UHGV virus genome: UHGV-0251015
Origin: a virus
Length of the DNA stretch: 30,178 nucleotides
Reading direction: 5' to 3' (one strand)
Positions 28,117 through 30,178 of the stretch are shown piece by piece. The notes beneath the pieces are model-generated. The model saw nothing but the letters and a program-made list of their open reading frames with translations. It searched no databases and was not told the DNA's origin. Within the stretch, counting starts at the first letter, position 1, and every line of letters starts with the position of its first letter. The position numbers and the translations under genes are program-made.

Positions 28117-28977
28117 TCACCTGTCGAAAAACACGTAGCCAGTTTTCGATACGGTGATTGCGGATGATGGTTTGGATTGTGGTTGAATAGTTTCTGGCTT
28201 CTCGTCGTTCCAGCGTTGACCGTTCAGGTAGCTCGATGGTAACAACCTGTCGAATCCGAACTGCTTACCATTCCTGCATGCGATGTCTTCTGCCAGCATC
28301 GTGGCAAACTCGCTTGCCGTACCCCTGGTAGTTTTACGCCATTCCCTGAACTGTGTTCTGAATGCCGAAGCTGCGTTTTTCTTCCCGGCTTTCCGCATGC
28401 CTGCACACCAGAATATTTCCTCGAATGCCTTGTCGGTTTCTTCGTGACGGTCAGGTGATTTTTCACACTCCGTCCGAACACTTTCGGACATAGTGTTTTT
28501 ATTATTTCTTTTTTCTTTTGTAATAGTTTCTTTTGTGTGTCCCTGTTTTGGTGACAGCGCTGTCACCGTTTTGGTGACACTTTTTGTCACCAATGCAGTG
28601 ACATTATCACCAGAGTAGTGACACCCTTCGATTTGCCATTCCTCGATGTTCTTGTTAGGCCCGATTTGCTGGCCTTCGCGAAGGATAACCTTCATCGCGA
28701 TAAGCTCATTCTTGGCCTTGTTTACCTTCTGTCTTGGCAGCCTGGTAATTTGAGCTAACTGACTATCAGAGATGCGATCCATCTTTTTACCGTAGCCGTA
28801 TGTTTTACGGCATATGGCGTGGGCAACCTTGCTCTGATTTTTCGTTAAATCTGCGCCGATAAGCTCTTCATACAGGGCATTTGCAAGACGGGTATAACCA
28901 TCTTCAACTTCTGCCACACGACGCTCCACAGGCCGTTGTGAAGGCCTTAAATGTGTTACGGTTGCAAGATTACTCAT
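28117..28977 (-). CDS. Replication initiator, lambda O-like N-terminal domain with divergent C-terminus
   Basis: [20 protein letters not shown]...[24 protein letters not shown]...GPNKNIEEW parallels lambda O N-terminus by recall; iterons lie inside the gene. Confidence 0.8.
   Translation of the reverse strand: MSNLATVTHLRPSQRPVERRVAEVEDGYTRLANALYEELIGADLTKNQSKVAHAICRKTYGYGKKMDRISDSQLAQITRLPRQKVNKAKNELIAMKVILREGQQIGPNKNIEEWQIEGCHYSGDNVTALVTKSVTKTVTALSPKQGHTKETITKEKRNNKNTMSESVRTECEKSPDRHEETDKAFEEIFWCAGMRKAGKKNAASAFRTQFREWRKTTRGTASEFATMLAEDIACRNGKQFGFDRLLPSSYLNGQRWNDEKPETIQPQSKPSSAITVSKTGYVFFDR
28496..28626. repeat. Replication origin: four dyad-symmetric iterons (TGTCACC-N5-GGTGACA type) followed by an AT-rich stretch, inside the O-like gene
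   Basis: Units at about 28541-28559, 28561-28579, 28585-28603 and 28606-28624; T-rich tract 28496-28540 on the downstream side, the same arrangement as lambda ori. Confidence 0.7.
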
Positions 28978-29116
28978 GACCTTTCTCCTTCTGCATCAGC
29001 TTCACTTTTTCCAACTCAGCCCGGAATCGACCAGGCTGCTTGAAGCTGGACAGGAAGCGATCACGTAGTATGTGTTTGTGAATTTTGTCCTGGTAAGGAC
29101 TGAGTTGTTTTGTCAT
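28970..29116 (-). CDS. Hypothetical small basic protein (48 aa) between cII and O
   Basis: Below ORF-track cutoff; my translation [48 protein letters not shown]; GGAG upstream; 3' end overlaps the O start by 8 nt. Confidence 0.35.
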   Translation of the reverse strand: MTKQLSPYQDKIHKHILRDRFLSSFKQPGRFRAELEKVKLMQKEKGHE

Positions 29117-29150
29117 AATTACTCCTGTGGATTGATCCAGTCTTTCTACA

Positions 29151-29431
29151 TCAGGCCTCGAAGAATTCGCCGTTCTTCGGGGCTTTTTCTTTTGTCAGCA
29201 TTCTGGCTACTTGCTTAGCCAGTTCCGCCAACTCCTCGTCTTCAACACCCCATTCCAGCACAGCCAGAAGCATGGCCATCTTTGGGATAAAGCTGTCTTT
29301 CCATCGCGAAATTTGCGATTCATTAATCCCTAACGCGTCGGCAACCTTTCGCTGACCACGTACAGCAATTCGATTCAGGATGTTGCTTGTAATTGCATTC
29401 GCTTTCTTGCGAGTACTTGTAAGTTGCATAT
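29151..29431 (-). CDS. cII: CII-like transcriptional activator (divergent from lambda CII)
   Basis: Start placed at MQLTSTRKK (ORF track extends to 29489) because the upstream leader matches lambda up to CATATG; conserved core SQISRWK...[14 protein letters not shown]. Confidence 0.8.
29156..29193 (+). terminator. oop-like antisense terminator overlapping the cII 3' end
   Basis: Plus-strand hairpin CCTCGAAGAA-TTCGCCG-TTCTTCGGGG followed by CTTTTTCTTTT; opposite strand to cII. Confidence 0.45.
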
Positions 29432-29508
29432 GTAAGTATTTCCTTAGATAACAATTGATTGAATGTATGCAAATAAATGCATACACCATAGGTGTGGTTT
29501 AATTTGAT

Positions 29509-29540
29509 GCCCTTTTTCAGGGCTGGAATGTGTAAGAGCG
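29509..29540 (-). promoter_or_regulatory. nutR (boxA CGCTCTTAC and boxB GCCCTGAAAAAGGGC)
   Basis: Read directly on the minus strand just downstream of cro; matches lambda nutR by recall. Confidence 0.8.
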
Positions 29541-29547
29541 GGGTTAT

Positions 29548-29757
<210 letters not shown>

Positions 29758-29765
29758 TTAGTACA

Positions 29766-29842
29766 TGCAACTATTATCACCGCCAGAGGTAAAATAGTCA
29801 ACACGCACGGTGTTAGATATTTATCCCTTGCGGTGATAGATT
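29766..29842. promoter_or_regulatory. Right operator OR1-OR2-OR3 with divergent promoters pR (minus) and pRM (plus)
   Basis: OR1 TATCACCGCCAGAGGTA 29775-29791; OR2 CAACACGCACGGTGTTA 29799-29815; OR3 TATCCCTTGCGGTGATA 29822-29838; pR hexamers on minus at 29796-29801 and 29773-29778; pRM TAGATA/TAGATT on plus. Confidence 0.9.
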
Positions 29843-29845
29843 TAA

Positions 29846-30178
<333 letters not shown>

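Noticed and set aside
28541-28626. Repeat cluster considered as a possible CRISPR-like array or mobile-element end
   Set aside because: The units are short dyad-symmetric iterons with variable spacing inside the initiator gene, next to an AT-rich tract, so they fit a replication origin; no repeat-spacer periodicity.

Overview
Reverse-oriented mosaic lambdoid prophage segment: almost every gene is on the minus strand, running from the immunity region (high coordinates) through replication, nin, Q, lysis, packaging, head and tail to accessory genes (low coordinates). By recall, not database search, the lambda-type parts are cI (partial, +), OR1-3 with pR/pRM, cro, nutR, Q, pR' and the leader upstream of the holin. 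Joined to these are a divergent cII, an O-like initiator with internal iterons plus a Toprim primase-helicase fusion in place of lambda P, a nin region (NinB, Dam-type methyltransferase, NinE, NinF, RusA, NinH), a pinholin / SAR-endolysin / Rz-Rz1 lysis cassette, and a non-lambda structural module. The 3' end of the late region carries a P22 immI-like module (Mnt-like repressor, Arc-like repressor, two antirepressors) and an AT-rich accessory cassette encoding a lipoprotein and two small proteins, which is the best candidate here for an undescribed phage-encoded system. No tRNA, CRISPR array, integrase or att site was seen. All calls rest on reading the sequence and recalled family features; no search was run. 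My reading of the printed sequence is 1 nt out of register with the ORF track between about 2760 and 2850, so features I derived there (sar-like RNA, its promoter) carry a 1-2 nt uncertainty; the cause of the mismatch is unresolved.
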